64,000 bases of DNA, taken from the NCBI GenBank assembly GCA_051294375.1, contig CM119266.1, positions 3,908,420-3,972,419 on the forward strand. The letters run 5' to 3'. Below the pieces are notes generated by a model that was not told the DNA's origin, did not search any database, and was given only the letters and a program-made list of their open reading frames with translations. Origin of the DNA: Paraspadella gotoi. Taxonomy: Eukaryota; Animalia; Chaetognatha. The position numbers were made by a program, and so were the translations under genes. This document shows, piece after piece, positions 61,769 to 64,000 of this stretch (position 1 is its first letter; the number at the start of each line of letters is the position of its first letter).

Positions 61769-62667
61769 ATCCATGATGCCTTTTGTTTCTTTTATTGTTG
61801 GTTTACATTTTGTGGTTTTTTCCAAGATTTTTTTTGGACTTTTTGAAAGGGAGACATGATCAGGAACCGGTTTCTTTCTTTGAAATATTAAAAACAAATA
61901 ATCAGCATTACTAAAATTTTATTAAGATAGGGAAAAAAATTGTATTTTAATTAGAGCTTTCTTCTAAAAATTCCTAATGTTGCCATAAAGCTTTTATGAT
62001 AGTTTAACCTGTGAATTCCAAAATAGATCTAAATTTTTAATATTCAGTGAACTAATGACACCAATACCCTATAGTTCTATTACCAAAAATATTTCTTGCC
62101 ATTTCTTTTCAAGTATTGTAGCATAGTCGTTTTTTACTCCAACAACTTACTGACCGAGCCGAGATTACTGAAGAGAAACTTCAAAATTGCTTTACATAGA
62201 AATTATTATCTGTGATCGTTACTTTGAAATAACTTTCTTCCAAATTACTGTGTAACGCGTATAAAAAAAATTTTAAACAAGAACTCAGATTATTTTTTCC
62301 AATATTAACACTATATTCCATTTTTCGAAATGTTTAATGCAATGTGTATTCTTTAAATTGTAATTCCGATTAATTAACCCGTTTGAATTATTGCGCGTAG
62401 AACTTATTTGCTTGCTTTTTCTTATGTTTTTAATACAATTTAAATCTTTTTAAACATTTCTAGATAAACTGAATACTTTCTTAGTTCAAGATCTATGGGC
62501 CAACAAAAAATAAAATCTGGGCTAGTTTGATCATCGAGGGAATTTCCAAAGGCCAAATTTATTCAGCATGAAAACTGTTATGAGTCAAAAAAAAAAAGAT
62601 GAAAAATTTTTAGGTTGGAAAGAAAAAAAAAAGAAAGAAAAAGAAAAGTTAGGTTTTTCCGTCCAGC

Positions 62668-63046
62668 CCTCTCGATCCATCCCGACCAGTTTCGACTAAC
62701 CACCATAACATTCCAATTTTCTCCGACCTCGAAGTTTCGAGCCGAAATGAATTTCGTGCCAAAGAGAACGAAGACCCAAATTCTAAACATCGCGTCGCCA
62801 AGAAAATGGGTTAAACGCGGCGCCTCGGATCCAAAGATGACGACGACGACGATGACGATGACGATGACGAAGAGGAGGGGAAAAAAGCCCGCGGCAACGA
62901 GGAAGGGGACGGGGGGGGCAGGGTAGGACAGAGAGGGGGGAATGGAGAACGCGGTAAAGATCTGCCCACGCATCGCCTGTGCAGCCGCAAATTTCGAGAA
63001 ATAGAATTATGAGGGCAACGTCCACAATTTTTTGACCCAAGAAAAG
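62668..63046 (+). other. Possible exon (5' UTR or coding) of the downstream gene, with a (GAC/GAT)n tract
   Basis: GC-rich island between ttttccgtccAG and AAG|GTTTAG; no single convincing frame. Confidence 0.3.
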
Positions 63047-63861
63047 GTTTAGATAGATTTTATAAAATACTCTTTTTCATTCGCTCTATGGTTCGCGTGT
63101 ATGATTTTAAAAGCTACTTAAATGGTTTTATGTTTTTCTCCGTTTTTTTTTTTTAATGATTAATTTGTGCGGAAAAGTTTCCTGTCTGACAGACTTAACC
63201 AGAAGTAAAAGATTTCCATTAAATTAGACAAAAAACGTTACTTCCTCTGAGCAACACGATTTTTTTTCTCTTAAATACGAGGTCAAACCCAAAAAAATTA
63301 ATGTTTTTAACTACATAAGTAAATATAAATTAAATTTCATAATAAGCCATTTATTGATCTACGCCTGTAGAGAGTTGATCCTCGTTAATTTTTAAAAATC
63401 TCTTATTTTAAACTTTTTAAATTCTTTCATTTGCAGAGATTATCAGTAAGATATTTTAAATGCATGGACCAATATATACAAACAAAAATGAAAATTTTCA
63501 AGCAATAAAACAAAAAAATGTAACTAGTTTCAAAAAAAAATTATTCAACTAAAAATATATATATATTTTTGCGGTTTCCATGTTATTGACCCCGAAAAAA
63601 AACATCAGGCGAATTTTCTTCCAACGAATGTTTTTTCTTCGTCACCTTTTCTCATGAAATAACTAAATTAATGAACTTTATGATAATAAAAACTTCGACT
63701 CTTTTTTTTTCGCATTTTTTAAACACGAGACTAAATTCAAAGAATTTTCTTTTTCGTAAAAAAATTGAATATAAAATCTGAATCTCGTCTCATCTTATCG
63801 AATCAGCCTCGTCTCCCTCTCCCTCTTCGTCTCTCTCACTCTCTCTCTCTCCCCACCGTAG

Positions 63862-64000
63862 CATGGGAGGCGGGCAATGTATTCGCTCAACTGCGTCAGC
63901 CACGGGGGACGTATCAAAACTTCACCCGAGGGAGACGTCGTCATCGACGTTCCTCTAAGAAACGAAAAAGACGCCGAAAAGTTTCGCGCCACTTGCGACC
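63862..64000 (+). CDS. Probable exon of a neighbouring gene, product unknown, running off the window
   Basis: Long CT tract + cgtAG acceptor; open frame HGRRAMYSLNCVSHGGRIKTSPEGDVVIDVPLRNEKDAEKFRATCD; exon-like GC content. Confidence 0.55.

Overview
AT-rich, intron-containing animal (invertebrate-like) genomic DNA; nothing prokaryotic or CRISPR-like is present. Most of the window is one very large + strand gene whose 5' end is not visible. I can trace 31 exons from 13750 to the stop at 61768, about 12.9 kb of CDS or about 4300 aa. It encodes an apparently secreted mosaic protein: EGF, 6 LamG/pentraxin-like units, a Thr/Pro linker, SRCR, 33 tandem Ca-binding EGF repeats, 6 more LamG/pentraxin-like units, a Pro/Glu linker and a PAN/apple domain, ending in a terminal RGDI with no transmembrane segment. 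The locus contains several staggered head-to-tail duplicate blocks (1-10572, 25464-29745, 35402-35900, 37318-39263, 39300-47046). These are indel-riddled and separated by 25-N gaps, so they look like noisy long-read gap fill and/or a second haplotype. Other elements are a 48-bp minisatellite made by amplifying an exon end plus its splice donor, a ~580-bp TRIM-like mini-LTR element, a 2.1-kb CACTA-TIR element, a tRNA-like element abutting a splice donor, telomere-like tracts, and (GA)n tracts recurring just after 5' splice sites. A probable exon of a neighbouring gene starts at 63862. All domain calls are by eye from motifs; no database searches were run.
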